From Carcharhinus longimanus (Eukaryota): a stretch of DNA of 64,000 nucleotides. This document shows positions 1 through 11,945 of this stretch, piece by piece (the first letter of the stretch is position 1; each line of letters opens with the position of its first letter). The notes beneath the pieces are model-generated. The model ran no database searches and was not told where the DNA came from. It worked only from the letters and a program-made list of their open reading frames with translations. The translations under genes and the position numbers were made by a program. Where the stretch lies: positions 31,282,398-31,346,397 of the forward strand of contig JASCQW010000139.1 in the NCBI GenBank assembly GCA_030264375.1, given 5' to 3'.

Positions 1-250
1 TGGGGCACTGTACGAGTGGACATGGGTCTGTGTGAAGTTTGCGCCTTCTCCCTATGTCTGCATGGGTTTCCTCTGGATGCTCTGGTTTCCTCCCACAGCC
101 TAAAGATGTATGAGTTAGGTTGATTGGCCATGCTAAATTGACCCTAGTTTTGGGGGGATTAGCAGGGTAAATATGTGGGGTTTGTTGTCAGTGCAGGCTT
201 GATGGGCTGAATGACCTCCTTCTGTGCTGTAGGGAATCTATGAGTCTATG
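1..250 (+). mobile_element. HE1-type shark SINE (5' truncated by window edge)
   Basis: Core gggtttcctc...ggtttcctcccacag and CR1-like tail gatgggctgaatgacctccttctgtgctgtag. Many related copies occur in the window. Confidence 0.8.
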
Positions 251-856
251 AAATGAGGGATGGGCTGATTGAGTCATCATATTTCTACCTCCTTGTGAGA
301 CGTCTCCAAAGGATTAATGAAGAATATGTGCCAAAGACACAACAGGTAAACACCCGAATGGGCAAAATGTTTTCCCACCAATTTCTCCCTTTACTCAATG
401 AAAACATTTTTTGGATTAAAGTATAAATCCATTTTCATTTAAGTGCACAGTTGCAGCAAGTTGAATATAAATATTGATTTATATTGACATATAATATAGA
501 CATTTTTCCAGTGTTACCTTAGAAGGTGGAAGAAGCAGGTGCTGGGAGGAGTGATTCTTTCATACAAACCTGTCACCAAAGCCATTTTGAGGATTTTTGG
601 TAAACATATAAGATTTGCATTTATTTTCTGATCTCTTGTACTTACAGAAACAGGAAATGTTCTGTTTATTTTGTTATGAAAATGGAATGTGTGCTGCTCC
701 AACAACATTCAAGAGGTTTAGCAATATTCCAGGATCGTGCAGCTCACTTCATAAGNNNNNNNNNNNNNNNNNNNNNNNNNNNNNNNNNNNNNNNNNNNNN
801 NNNNNNNNNNNNNNNNNNNNNNNNNNNNNNNNNNNNNNNNNNNNNNNNNNNNNNNA

Positions 857-995
857 GGAAACCAGAGCACCCAGAGGAAACCCACGCAGACACAGGGAGA
901 ATGTGCAAACTCCACACAGACAGTGACCCGAGCCAGCATTCGAATCCAGGTCCCTGGAGCTGTGAAGCAGCAGTGCTAACCACTGTGCTACCGTG
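857..995 (-). mobile_element. HE1-type SINE 5' part
   Basis: Reverse complement of the tRNA-like head (gcacagtggttagcactgctgc...ggattcgaatgc) and core. Runs into a gap. Confidence 0.8.
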
Positions 996-1775
996 TTCTG
1001 TTCTTGGGTACCTGAGAGATTGTGTGGCAGCTTGAATGCTCGTGGCAATCAAAGGCGTAAGGATATCGAAAGGATAAATTGAAATCCTGGAGCTTTATCC
1101 TTGGTGGTCATCTGAGCAAAAGCTTTGTTTGGGGGAAGATTCCAAGAGGGCTCTTAAAAGGTAGAATTTCGAAACACTTGCTTGTAAGTCAGAGTTCCAG
1201 TGAGACCAGTCAGCTCACAGTGGGATAGGCATCTGAAGAGATTTGATGAGAAATCCACAGAAGTTGTATTGGGTGGTATCTGTCACTTGGTTTCAGAATG
1301 TTGTAAGCCGAATAACAGTTGGCTTATTGGTTTACATGAACTGTGTACTTACTGAGAACATTAGAGGATAAGACATATTTTGTGACTTGTGTTATCCTTA
1401 CAAATCTGTGTACATTTGTAAAGAAATAGTGGGGTAAAGGAGTAGTGTATTCTTGTTAACATCTGTTGGATGTAACTCCCTCATTATACGGTGCTGTTTT
1501 ATGGCGAACAATATTAACATCTGATATAAAATTGATATGGCCATTAAAAAAAACATTAGCACTTTGTAGCCCAACAGCTTGATTTCTCCAACTATTTTCT
1601 ACTAAGGAAAGAATATAAAGATACAAAAAAAAAGTAGGTTGAAACTTCTAGTGATGATACTGTTAGTAAGCTGCTGGGATATTTTACTCTGTTAAAGACA
1701 CTAAATATATTGATAGGCTGATACAGCAGAGAATGAATCACCTTAAGTCTATGTTCTCTGGTTGCTGCCTCTAAG

Positions 1776-2195
1776 AATCATAGAATCCCTGTAGTGCAGT
1801 AGGAGGCCATTTGGCCCATCGTCTGCTCCAACTTCCCGATACAGCATCTTACTCTNNNNNNNNNNNNNNNNNNNNNNNNNNNNNNNNNNNNNNNNNNNNN
1901 NNNNNNNNNNNNNNNNNNNNNNNNNNNNNNNNNNNNNNNNNNNNNNNNNNNNNNNCTCTGGCCCACCCCACGCATTTATCCCATTAATCCCCCTAACCTA
2001 GACATCTTGGGACAATAAGGGACAATTTAGCATGGCCAGTCCACCTAACCCGCACATCTTTGGACTTTGGGAGGAAACTAGAATACCTGGAGGAAACCCA
2101 TGCAGAAACAGGAGACTATCCAAACTCCACACAGTCACCCAATGTGAGTCCCTGCCACTGAGGCAGCAGTGCTAACCACTGTGCCACCATGCTGC
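1776..2195 (-). mobile_element. HE1-type SINE, full length with internal gap
   Basis: Tail agaatcatagaatccctgtagtgcag-ggaggccatttggccc, core and head cagcagtgctaaccactgtgccacc. Confidence 0.8.
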
Positions 2196-2834
2196 CTGCC
2201 ATCAGAAAGTTTATTTATTCTTTTAAAATCATTTTGAACACTTCTATCAAATATTTATTTAACAAAGTCTGAGCAGTGCTCATCAGCCCACATACAAGTG
2301 GTATGAATGTTATCTTTTCTTTTCACTGTGTATGTAAAGAAATCTGATCCATGCAAAATTGAAAATGTAAACCATGAAGTATCCATCTCTTTGCTGGCAA
2401 TTGTAGGTTTTCCCTGCAAACCCTCAGTTTTGTCTACTATGAAGTCTGGGGAAAAGGACTTCCTGGAGTATTTCAAGCCAATGAAGGTATTATAAATTGA
2501 ATGGCATTATTAGCATGTAATAAATCAGGAGTCAATTTGTGCACATTAAATGTCCACAAACAGTAATGTGATGATGACCAGATTATCTGTTTTTCTGTGA
2601 TATAGGAAGAAATAGTGGTATTGTTTCTGCATGGGTTTCCTCCAGGTATTCCACTTTCCTCCCAAAGTCCACTAGACTAGTTTTCCAGAGGCCCAAGCTA
2701 ATGCGCTAGGGACATGGGTTCAAAGCCTTCAACAGGAGCTGGTGGAATTTGAATTCAGTAAATAAATCTGGAAATATAAAGCTAATCTCAGCAATAGTGA
2801 CCATAAAACCATCACTGATTCCCTAATATCCTTT

Positions 2835-3082
2835 AGGAGTTTGCACGTTCTGCCCATGTCTGTATGGGTTTCCTCCAGATGCTCTGGTTTCCTCCACCAT
2901 CCAAACATGTGTGGGTTAGATGCATGGCCATACTAAATTGCCACTTAGTACGGGGGGGTGGGAGAAGGGGGTGGGGGCTAGCAAGATAAATAGATGGGTT
3001 ACGGGGATAGGGCTGCGTGTGATTGTTGTTTGGTACAGACTTGATAGGCCGATTGCTCTCTTGCACTTCAGGGATTCTGTTG
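2835..3082 (+). mobile_element. HE1-type SINE fragment
   Basis: Core ggagtttgcacgttct...gggtttcctccag and tail gacttgataggccg...gggattct. Confidence 0.7.
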
Positions 3083-3094
3083 ATTGATGGATAA

Positions 3095-3260
3095 GTTGAG
3101 ATAATTCCCCTGCCCTTCTTCAATACAGTGCCATGGAATCTTTCACATCCACCCTCTCCAGCAGGGTCCTTGGTTTATCGTCTCGTGGGAAGGGCGGCAG
3201 ATCCGACTGTCCCTTGAATCCAGAACCTTCTGACTGACCAGAATGCAGCCATTTGAGCTG
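3095..3260 (-). mobile_element. DeuSINE (SacSINE1-like) fragment just upstream of the MRPS17 promoter
   Basis: cccctgcccttcttcaatacagtgccatggaatctttcacatccacc resembles the reverse complement of the Deu domain, as recalled from AmnSINE1/SacSINE1. Confidence 0.6.
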
Positions 3261-3599
3261 GGGTTCAAACGGTCACTACTGGGGACGGGAGAGAGTAAAA
3301 TCAAATCAGGGAATTGAATGCGGTGGAATTAAAAGACAGAACCAAATGTTCAGGGAAGAAAAATCTTAGATCGGAAAGCCAACTGCGAGCCCNNNNNNNN
3401 NNNNNNNNNNNNNNNNNNNNNNNNNNNNNNNNNNNNNNNNNNNNNNNNNNNNNNNNNNNNNNNNNNNNNNNNNNNNNNNNNNNNNNNNNNNNTCTAACTG
3501 CGAGCCCACTCCAGCTCTGACGGCCCAGTAAAAGCCACATTGAAGAAGACGATAGAAATACCCCACGGGCGGGGAAGCAATATCAGGAAAGACACCCGC

Positions 3600-3707
3600 T
3601 CCGCCTCGCTGTGCGCATGCCCGGTTCGCAGAGGGAGGCAGTGGCGCCGGAAGTGTGTCCGTTGCTTTAACATTTCCCTCCGTTTGGCAAGTGTGGATCC
3701 GGAGAAG
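3600..3707 (+). promoter_or_regulatory. MRPS17: CpG-rich MRPS17 promoter and probable non-coding exon 1
   Basis: Local CpG/GC enrichment at about 3500-3900. NRF1-like TGCGCATGCC at 3612-3621 and ETS/GABP CCGGAAGTG at 3647-3655. Candidate donor AAG|GTGTGT at 3707/3708. The TSS is not determinable. Confidence 0.65.
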
Positions 3708-4693
3708 GTGTGTGTCTGCGACGTCAGGTTGGGGTGGANNNNNNNNNNATCATTTACCCAATCATGTTTTGACACCCCCAGTTATTGTTCTGTCCCGTAT
3801 AATCAAAGTCGACTACTTTCTTTTTATGTTATTCGGGTGAATCAATGTAAGTCACATCTGTCCTTCAAACCTTCCGCGCGACTTTTGTAGCCGAAAGTGA
3901 GAAAAGTGTTTCTCATTGAATGAAGGAAATTTTGAGGAACGTTGCTGGTGTTGAAAATAATGATATTTTAAAATTAATTTATATAGGGTCTCTCCCAAAC
4001 GCTATCACCAAATAGGAAATGGTCTTATAATATCCCAACACAGCTAATGAAGTAGTGCAATACATTGTTGTAACGAAGAGAAACGAACAACAACTTTGTA
4101 CAGAGCAAGGTCCCACAAAAAGTGGTAAGATATTGGGCTTATGTGCTTGGTGAGAATGGATCCAACTTATGTGTACAAACAAGATATTGTAAAAATGTTT
4201 TTTTAAGTACTATGTGTGGCTCATTCTCAATTCTTAATTCAAAACGTAATGGGTTCAAGTTGCATTCCAATTTCCTATGTATAGAATAAAATGTCCAATG
4301 GTAGAGTATTTCATCAATGGAAATGAACATTTTATAATTTATGTCATTGCTGTTTGTGGAATGTGCTGTTGCTTGTAATTTCCCACAGAACAGCAATGAT
4401 TACATTTCAAAAAGGTGATTTTGCTGTCTGAAATGCTTTGGGTCACCCGAACAGAAGGAATAAAGAAAAAAACTTGTATTTGTATAGCATTTTACACAAT
4501 CTCAGGATTTCCCAAGTGCTATACTGCCACTTTTGAAGTATGGTCACTGTCTAATGTAGGGAACATGGCAGCCAATTTGCTCAGAGCAATGTTCCACAAA
4601 GGTGAATGTAATAATGATCACATAATGTTTTTTGATGTGAAGGATTAATTATTGGCCATGACACTCAGTAACTACCCTGCTTCTTGAAATATT

Positions 4694-5140
4694 GTAAAAA
4701 GTCTGACAAGACCAGGTTTTAGTCCAACCGATTTATTTGATAGTAAACTCACAAGCTTTCAGGTTAGTCCCTTTGTCAGGTGAATCCCTTTGTCAGGTGA
4801 ATGGAGAGTTCTGGCCTCAGACAGAGCATATAAAGCACAGACAGTTTAGAGATTACTGATTNNNNNNNNNNNNNNNNNNNNNNNNNNNNNNNNNNNNNNN
4901 NNNNNNNNNNNNNNNNNNNNNNNNNNNNNNNNNNNNNNNNNNNNNNNNNNNNNNNNNNNNNATCTGTAAACTGTCTGTGCTTTATATGCTCTGTCTGAGG
5001 CCAGAACTCTCCATTCACCTGACGAAGGGACAAACCCGAAAGCTTGTGAGTTTACTATCAAATAAATCGGTTGGACTAAAACCTGGTCTTGTCAGACTTT
5101 TTACTGTGTTTACCCCAGTCCAACGCCGGCATATCCACAC
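4694..5140 (+). mobile_element. Penelope-like element remnant with inverted terminal arms, inserted into a DeuSINE in MRPS17 intron 1
   Basis: About 4694-4853 is the reverse complement of about 4962-5104. The 3' extension is ccccagtccaacgccggcatatccacac. The direct repeat CTTGAAATATTGT flanks it at 4683-4695 and 5141-5153. Confidence 0.8.
5015..5049 (+). ncRNA. Minimal type I hammerhead ribozyme motif within the Penelope-like element
   Basis: tcac-CTGACGA-a-ggg-acaaa-ccc-GAAA-gc-TT-gtga. Stem I is tcac/gtga, the CUGANGA and GAAA boxes are intact, stem II is ggg/ccc, and the stem III remnant is the palindrome AGCT. Confidence 0.7.
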
Positions 5141-5277
5141 CTTGAAATATTGTCATAGGGTATTTTAAATCCACCCAGTTAAATATACTCTTAAAATAGA
5201 AGTTGTCTTTAAGCAAATATTGAGTTATTTTGTGTGATTCTACAAAATCTCATTTATTTTACAGATAATTTTGAAAC

Positions 5278-5400
5278 ATGTCAGCAAAAACTGCTACTGT
5301 CCATGCCAAATGGATTATAGGAAGAGTGATTGGGACAAAAATGCAGAAGACTGCCAAAGTCAGAGTAACTAGACTTGTCCTGAATCCATATCTGTTAAAG
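5278..5400 (+). CDS. MRPS17: Mitochondrial ribosomal protein S17 (uS17m), first coding exon
   Basis: Acceptor ttttacag ends at 5264 and ATG is at 5278. Translates [41 protein letters not shown], the MRPS17 N-terminus. Donor GTAAGT at 5401, phase 0. Confidence 0.96.
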
Positions 5401-6244
5401 GTAAGTTTGATTACTTTGCGGTATATAAAATGTTATACAGATTAGAGAAAGAGAGACAATGATTGTTTATTTATTCTGAGATTTTACTTTTTCTTTAAAA
5501 ACTCGTTGGTCCACATTGTTGAATTCAGTTTTACTAAGCAGATTGTGGTGTGGTTTAGGGATTATTTTCCCAATTAATTATTTTCAGTACTTATAATTTC
5601 TAAAATATTTGTATATAAAGTTTTATTGGTTTCTAGTCAGAACATTAATAGATTTACTATTTTGGTTAAAAGATTGTAATCTTCCAAGATTTAACAATTA
5701 TTTTAATAATTTGAAGACTCGACACAAAGAAGAAACTCTTCACACTGCTAAATTTTACTTATCTCTTTGGAACCACTTATTACTTTCATTGCCCTTAACT
5801 CTACAATTGTCAATCTTGGATTGTATTAAAATTCCACTTGGTTCTTCAATGGCCCTTAGAAAAGAAAACCTCTTGTCCTTATCTGGTCTGGCCTATATCT
5901 AATCCACAACACCTATCAACATGGTCGACTCTTAACTCTTCATTGAAGTTGGCCTGATGAATCACTCAATTATATTGGGGCAACTAGGGAAGGGCAATTA
6001 ATGCCAGCCTTGCCAGTCATGCTCATGTTGAGTGAACAATTTTTTAAGAAGTATTTTCAGAACCGTAGCTATTGAACACACCTTCCAGCAATTAAATTCA
6101 CAATTCCGAACCGTTGGGTTGACTATCTGCTCTTAGAATTCCAGCATCATTCCTGTCTAAAAGTAGAAGTTCGTTTTTAAAGCGGTAAACGCATGTTAAA
6201 TGTACTTTTTAAAACAGCACTTTAAAATGTCCATTTTTCTACAG

Positions 6245-6535
6245 TTCTACAATAAAAGGAAGACATATTTTGCTCATGATCCAAAAGAACAGTGCACTGT
6301 GGGTGATATTGTACTTCTGAAGGCTTTGTCTGAACGAAGGACCAAGCATGTTAAACATGAACTGGCAGAAATTGTATTCAAAGTTGGAAATATCATTGAT
6401 CCCATCACACAAGAACGCTGCAGTGGAAGTCGAATAATTGAACCCTTTAAAGACACTGATTCAGATGTGGGATGCTTGAATGATCATATGAAGAATTTAG
6501 AGATCAATGTTGTGCAGAATAATACAGAACATTAA
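6245..6535 (+). CDS. MRPS17: Mitochondrial ribosomal protein S17, last coding exon
   Basis: Acceptor tttttctacag ends at 6244. Translates FYNKRKTYFAHDPKEQCTVGDIVLLKAL...KHVKHELAEIVFKVGNIIDP...TEH* with TAA ending at 6535. The joined protein is 137 aa. Confidence 0.96.
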   Translation, partial: FYNKRKTYFAHDPKEQCTVGDIVLLKALSERRTKHVKHELAEIVFKVGNIIDPITQERCSGSRIIEPFKDTDSDVGCLNDHMKNLEINVVQNNTEH

Positions 6536-6728
6536 AAATTCTGCAAGTTAAACTATTAATACAAAGTTTGTAAATTTGAATGTATCTAATGAATACTCAT
6601 GTTGCAGCTGTCATTCAGAAACGAACCAATGATTTTTTTTAAAGAGAAAGAAATGTGTAATGAATATCCCAGCTTTAATTTGTGTTTTCCTTACATGGGA
6701 GAGCTTGAATTTTTTGAAATCTTAGTAA

Positions 6729-6734
6729 AATAAA
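6729..6734 (+). terminator. MRPS17: Candidate MRPS17 polyadenylation signal (second candidate at 6804-6809)
   Basis: AATAAA about 190 nt after the stop, followed by T-rich sequence. Confidence 0.5.
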
Positions 6735-6934
6735 TCCAAATGATTCCGAATAATTTTCAGTTTAGTTTCACATTCAATCCTTACGACATTAGGTGACTTT
6801 TAAAATAAATTACTGGTAGGTTTCCCATGTAATTTCTTGATCTGTCAAAATGTAAACTGTCGTAGAGCCAGCCGAGGATGAAACCAATAGAATTTCTGAG
6901 TGAGAGACATGCTTTCTGCAATGTCTGATATTTG

Positions 6935-7330
6935 AAACATAAGAACATAAGAAATTGGAGCAGGAGTAGGCCATCTAGCCCTTCGAGCCTGCCCCGCTAT
7001 TCAATAAGATCATGGCTGATCTGTCTTGGCTCAGTTCCACTTTCCTGCCCTCTTTATCTTTATTATCTTTTCCCTGCATTGTTCTCAACAAGGAAAGCCA
7101 CCATGCATATTCAAGCAACCCCAACACAGTAAATAACTGGATGGTTTCTATCCAGTCCATCCTTACCAACCCCACTCTGACCCATACAAATTGTGAGGTT
7201 AGGCGAATTGAAATTTTTAAGACTGAGTGATAATTTTGTCAGGCAAGGACGTTAAGGGATGTCAAACCAATCAGGTCAATGGAACTAAAGTACAATTCAG
7301 CCATCGTCTAACTGAATTGTGGAACGTGCT
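6935..7330. mobile_element. CR1 LINE 3'-end fragments (a minus-strand tail at about 6935-7050 and a decayed plus-strand tail at about 7195-7350)
   Basis: aacataagaacataagaaattggagcaggagtaggccat...cccttcgagcctgcccc is the reverse complement of the CR1 tail seen at 20040-20106. Confidence 0.65.
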
Positions 7331-7648
7331 CAAGGGACCGAATGGCCACCATTACACCTTTAAAGCAAAATTTAGTTTCACATTTGAACTCACCACATAT
7401 AATTCATCTTTCATATTATTAAAAGCCCAATTATTATGGACTTTACATCTTCCTGGGAACAAATGCACTACAATCTGCAATATTAGTGACTCCAAGTTAC
7501 TGCAATTGGGGTTGGAAATCAAATAGATAACCATGTTGACCCAACATTTAAAAAAAACACATATGGATGGATAGCTAAAGATCACAAGCAGTAATGTCAT
7601 CTGAGTTCAGATATCTAGAAAACCATTTGTGTTTTTCTTTTGTGACAA

Positions 7649-8412
7649 TGTGCCCTGAAAATCTTTCTCAAGGTCATGGCCGAACAGGCCACTTAAGATG
7701 GCGATTTGCAAGAGCATGCTGGGATAATTGGACAAGTACTGAAACCGACAGGCTGCAGCTGCAGACGTAGGAATACACAGGATATAGGCCAACTCAAGGA
7801 CATAGGACACTTTCTGGTGAAACCAGGTTGTTTACCAGACACAGGATGCCTTTGCCTTTACCTTTATTTGGGAGGGAGGTATTGACCTAAGCACCTCCAG
7901 CATCTACAAGCATGGCTGTTGGGTACGCACCCAGAGATCAGTGTGGCAACACCCGATTGTAATCTATCGACCAGGGTGATCAAGCCCTGATCGATTGATT
8001 GGCAATAACTAAAAAGGGCACTAAACCAATGAGGTACAAAAGGTACAGCACAACGGAAGAATCTGTCCCCGTCTCTCACGAACAATAACAACGGTGATTA
8101 TTGCCAGCAATGACCAGCATGAGGAGAGCCACTAAAGAAGACCAGAACCAGAGTATCAGATTAGATTGAAGGACCACACTACGCAGAGGACCATGGAGAC
8201 CAACATGCAAATAAAGACCAATATCTGCCTGGGTACTTGCCAGTCCCGCAAAAGTTAAGTCAAGGTCTGGTATTGAACTTGAACTTTAGTATTCTGTAAG
8301 ATAATTTAGCATTGATTGTGTGGGTGATTAATAATTGTGTGAGAATAAATATTACTGTACTAACAAGAAGTCTACTCGTAATTCGTTGTCCACCGTATAA
8401 AAGGTTAAAACA
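7649..8412 (+). mobile_element. Possible solo LTR
   Basis: Non-coding block with TGT...ACA candidate ends, TATA-like taaaaaggg at about 8010, and AATAAA at 8344-8349 about 60 nt before the end. No clean TSD found. Confidence 0.4.
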
Positions 8413-8904
8413 GACTGTGCAGCAGGAGCAGCAATAAGATCATGGCTGATTAAATCATTGGCAATCAATGTTCAGAGATGTTTTAGATAACCAGGAGAAA
8501 TAGAAGAAAAGCTAATTTACCAAGTATGGATAAAGGTATGTATAACCAATGAAAGTTATTTTTCCTGGGCATTAGTGTAGGTATCAGGCTTACTGTTAGA
8601 TGCATAAGGGAGGTGTGAAGCGTTCTTCTTCAAAACTGGAAAGCAATTGGCCACCCCCAACACCACCATCTAGACTGTCAACTCAAGGGTGCCAATTTTG
8701 CAAATAAACTTTGTTCACGTTTATGTATTGCATCATTGTGTTACCAAATAAATCTCTCTGGAATTAGTATAACTTGGAAATTTGCATCAAAGAAACTTCT
8801 CCCTCAAAACTCAACTGTTGATAATATTTGAGATATAATGTAGCATTTTTAATAGCACTAAAATCTGCTTTTCTTAACTTCAACTCTTAAGTGAAATATT
8901 AGGT

Positions 8905-9108
8905 AAAAGCAAAATACTGGGGATGCTGGAAATCAGAAAAAAATAGGAAGCACAAGGAGTACTCAGCAGGCCTGACAGCATCCGCAAAGAGAGAAACAGA
9001 ATAAGTGTTGAGTCGAACACAACTTCTTCAGAACTCATATTCGACAAACCATTAACTATTTCTCTCTACAGACACTGCCAGACCTACTGAATATTTTCAG
9101 CACTTTCA
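8905..9108. mobile_element. Short palindromic repeat, probably Penelope-derived (family also at about 26695-26790, 28525-28690, 41055-41160, 53585-53690, 55485-55610)
   Basis: gatgctggaaatc...actcagcaggcctgacagcatc...gagagaaacaga followed by the inverted arm tttctctctacagacactgccagacctactga. Confidence 0.65.
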
Positions 9109-10029
9109 TTGAAGTTGAATCTTCACTGCTAGAAACAGTCATACATGAAATTAGGTAATGCAAAGTGGCTAGCACAAGTGGAACCATATTCCAATAGCTC
9201 AGTATCTGCAAGCAGAGCGAAAAAAGTTATAAGAAAGTAAAAGCCTGAAACAGCACTCATGTCTGAGGATTCACATGCTGATTTAAAAAACTTTCCTGTT
9301 ATACTGTACAAATTCAAGATCATGAGAAGAGGGAAAAAATAATCACCCTATTAAACTAACTTCTTTAGGTATTGTGTATGTGTATATATTCGTGTGCATA
9401 CAGATGTATGTGGTGCCTCTACAGATTAGCTTGAGCTTTATTTCTCAGAATAATGTAGATATAATCATAGCACAGCCTCAATTAACTAAGTTTAATATAG
9501 GTTAACAATAGAGTTTTGCAATTTAGATTACAGTAAACTAGAGACCAAGTTAGTTATTTTCACACAGCAACATCCATATTCTCACATTGAGTCACAAGTC
9601 TTTTGTCATGTATTTATTCCTGTTGGCTCACTGGAGCTATGCTGTATTAACGTATGCACCAGAAATTATGTAAGAGACCAAGCCGGAAAACAAAGAGCAG
9701 CAGCTTTGGAAGAGATCACCGACCATTAAAGCTCAAATTGTTTTTTTGAATCAAAATCTGTCCTGTGTATCACGACTCCAACACACAAAAAAACTGGTGA
9801 AGAGAACACAGATATGCGCTTGCTAGCAGGAAGAAATTAACCAAGGAAAAGTCGGAATAAGAAGAAATCTTTTAACATGTTCTATTGAGACTAATAGGCT
9901 AGGTGGACATGAGTAAATGCAAACAAATGAAGGAGCTGGCTTTGATAAACAAGAAACTGAAGCTCAATTAGCTACTGCAATTGTTAAAATTTCTCTTGTC
10001 TTGCCAAAAGGCTAAGCAAATGAATCATT

Positions 10030-10325
10030 GAATAGAATCAAAATATCCTACCCAGGCCCTTTTCCCTGCCCTATCCCTATAATCCCACACCTTTACCATG
10101 ACTAATCCCTTCTAACCTACACATTTTGGCACACTAAGGAACAATTTTGCATGGCCAATCCACCTAACCTGCACAGCTTTGGACTGTGGGAGGAAACTGG
10201 AGCACCTGGAGAAAACCCACACAGACAAGTGAAGAATGTGCAAAGTCTGCAAAGAAAGTCATCCAAGGCCTGATTTGAACCTGGGTCCCTGGTGCAGTGA
10301 GGCAGCAGTGCTAACCACTGTGCAT
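10030..10325 (-). mobile_element. HE1-type SINE
   Basis: catggccaatccacctaacctgcac...ggactgtgggaggaaactggagcacc...cagcagtgctaaccactgtgc. Confidence 0.8.
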
Positions 10326-11274
10326 TGTAATGCACTTTTGTCTGAGAATTCTGTATAGTGACAACAAAATTTTTTTTCAGTTATATTATTGAAATGAAGC
10401 ATTTGACTTCTGGATCAGAAATGGGAAACACATTAACTAACTAATACCTAAATCCAATCAGTCAAATCTTCATTCCATTTTTATCTAAGCAACCTTTCAC
10501 ATCTACTTTGGCTTTTGTACTACTTTATTTTACAAAACAGTTGTATTACACTTTTCATTCCACATTTCTACTTGACCTAACTTCTTCACGTGTCCTATTA
10601 AAAAATTTCTAATAATGTTTACAACTGTTAAACATTCTCCTCACTTCTCTTCAAACTTTTCTTATGCTCTTTTGCGTAAACCTTCCCTTTAAATTATTTT
10701 TCTGAATTAAATAAAATATTTGAATTTATCAGCCAATTAAGCTTTCTCCTCAAGCATTAGATTTTAATTAAAGCTTCCATGCCAAACTGCGACTCATTAG
10801 CATTTTGAATACGGTATCTATTTCCATGTTAAAGCTATCCAAACGTGTCTGTAAATGTCACCAAAACACTAGCCATTTTTGGTAAAGATTCAAATACACT
10901 TCATCTTGTCCTATGCAACAGGTTAACCTGACAGTGTCTTGTTTTGCCACAGTTTTCTTATAGCTCAGACCTGAACAACTGTCTCTAAGTGCAAAAGAGA
11001 TGTGTTTGTTTGATAATGGAAAGGAAACATATTTTCATTTCAATAATTATAACAAAAATGATTTAAATTCTTTTTGACACTTGCTGAATATAACAATCCT
11101 TTTTTTTTGAGTACCTCTAATGTAGTAAAATATTCCCATATACTTCACAGGAGTGTTATCAAAGATTGACACTGAGCCATATTGACGAATTATTAGACAG
11201 ATGATAAATAGCTTGGTCAAAGAGTTAGGTTTTAAAAAGTAGGAGAGAAAATTCCAGAATTCAGGGCTTTGTCA

Positions 11275-11429
11275 GCTCCCATTGGCTGGACAACTGGTTT
11301 GTAACGCAGAGTGAGTTCAATTTGTGTACTAGCCGAGGTTATTCATCCCAACTTCATTATTATTCATCTCTTCTCAAACTCGCTCCTCACCCGAGGTGTG
11401 GTGATTCTCAGGTTACATCACCACCAGTC

Positions 11430-11465
<36 letters not shown>

Positions 11466-11520
11466 GAGTAGAGCAATCTATGGTCACCTGGGAGTATAGC
11501 AACTTTGTATTTACCTTTAT
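11275..11520 (+). mobile_element. Second SINE-like family with an internal (CT)n expansion at 11432-11462; related inverted copy at about 24938-25040
   Basis: ctcaggttacatcaccaccagtcagctctc...caaagagtagagcaatctatggtcacctggga matches the reverse complement of 24960-25030. Confidence 0.6.
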
Positions 11521-11859
11521 ATGGCCACCAACAGCGAGACAATCAATATCAGGGGTGCTCAAGAGGTCAGAATTAGATAAGTACAAGTACATAAAAGGGT
11601 TCTGGAGCTCGAGGTAATTAGATAGGAAGAGGTGAGGCCATGGAGGGCTTTGAAATAATTTTAAAGTTCTCCAATAAAAGTCTAATCAATGACATAACTT
11701 TTATTTGCGAGATTTATGGTCAAAAAGGATGATAGATTGTAAACATACGAACAATATACTCATGCTGAAAATCAAATTTAAAGCCAGAACATTATAGTAG
11801 TACCTAGAAAATAAATTAGCACATAAATAAAGATAGATTATAGTTTTGCATAGATATGT

Positions 11860-11945
11860 TCATAGAACACACTACAGCACAAACAGGCCCTTCGGCCCAC
11901 GAGTTGTGCCGATCACATCAACACCTACCAATCTATAGACCTATC
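11860..11945 (-). mobile_element. CR1 LINE 3' tail
   Basis: catagaacacactacagcacaaacaggcccttcggcccacgagttg is nearly identical to the tail of the CR1 at 57488-57545. Confidence 0.75.

Noticed and set aside
2408-2487. Exon-like plus-strand segment (tgtag|...aatgaag|gtatta)
   Set aside because: No recognisable peptide in either open frame and no partner exons found.
3380-3510. Repeated aactgcgagccc on both sides of a gap upstream of MRPS17
   Set aside because: Cannot distinguish a minisatellite from a contig overlap because the intervening sequence is N.
6200-6244. N-terminal MYFLKQHFKMSIFLQ of the 111-aa ORF as the start of MRPS17
   Set aside because: This is intronic sequence upstream of the acceptor at 6244. 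The true N-terminus is encoded at 5278-5400.
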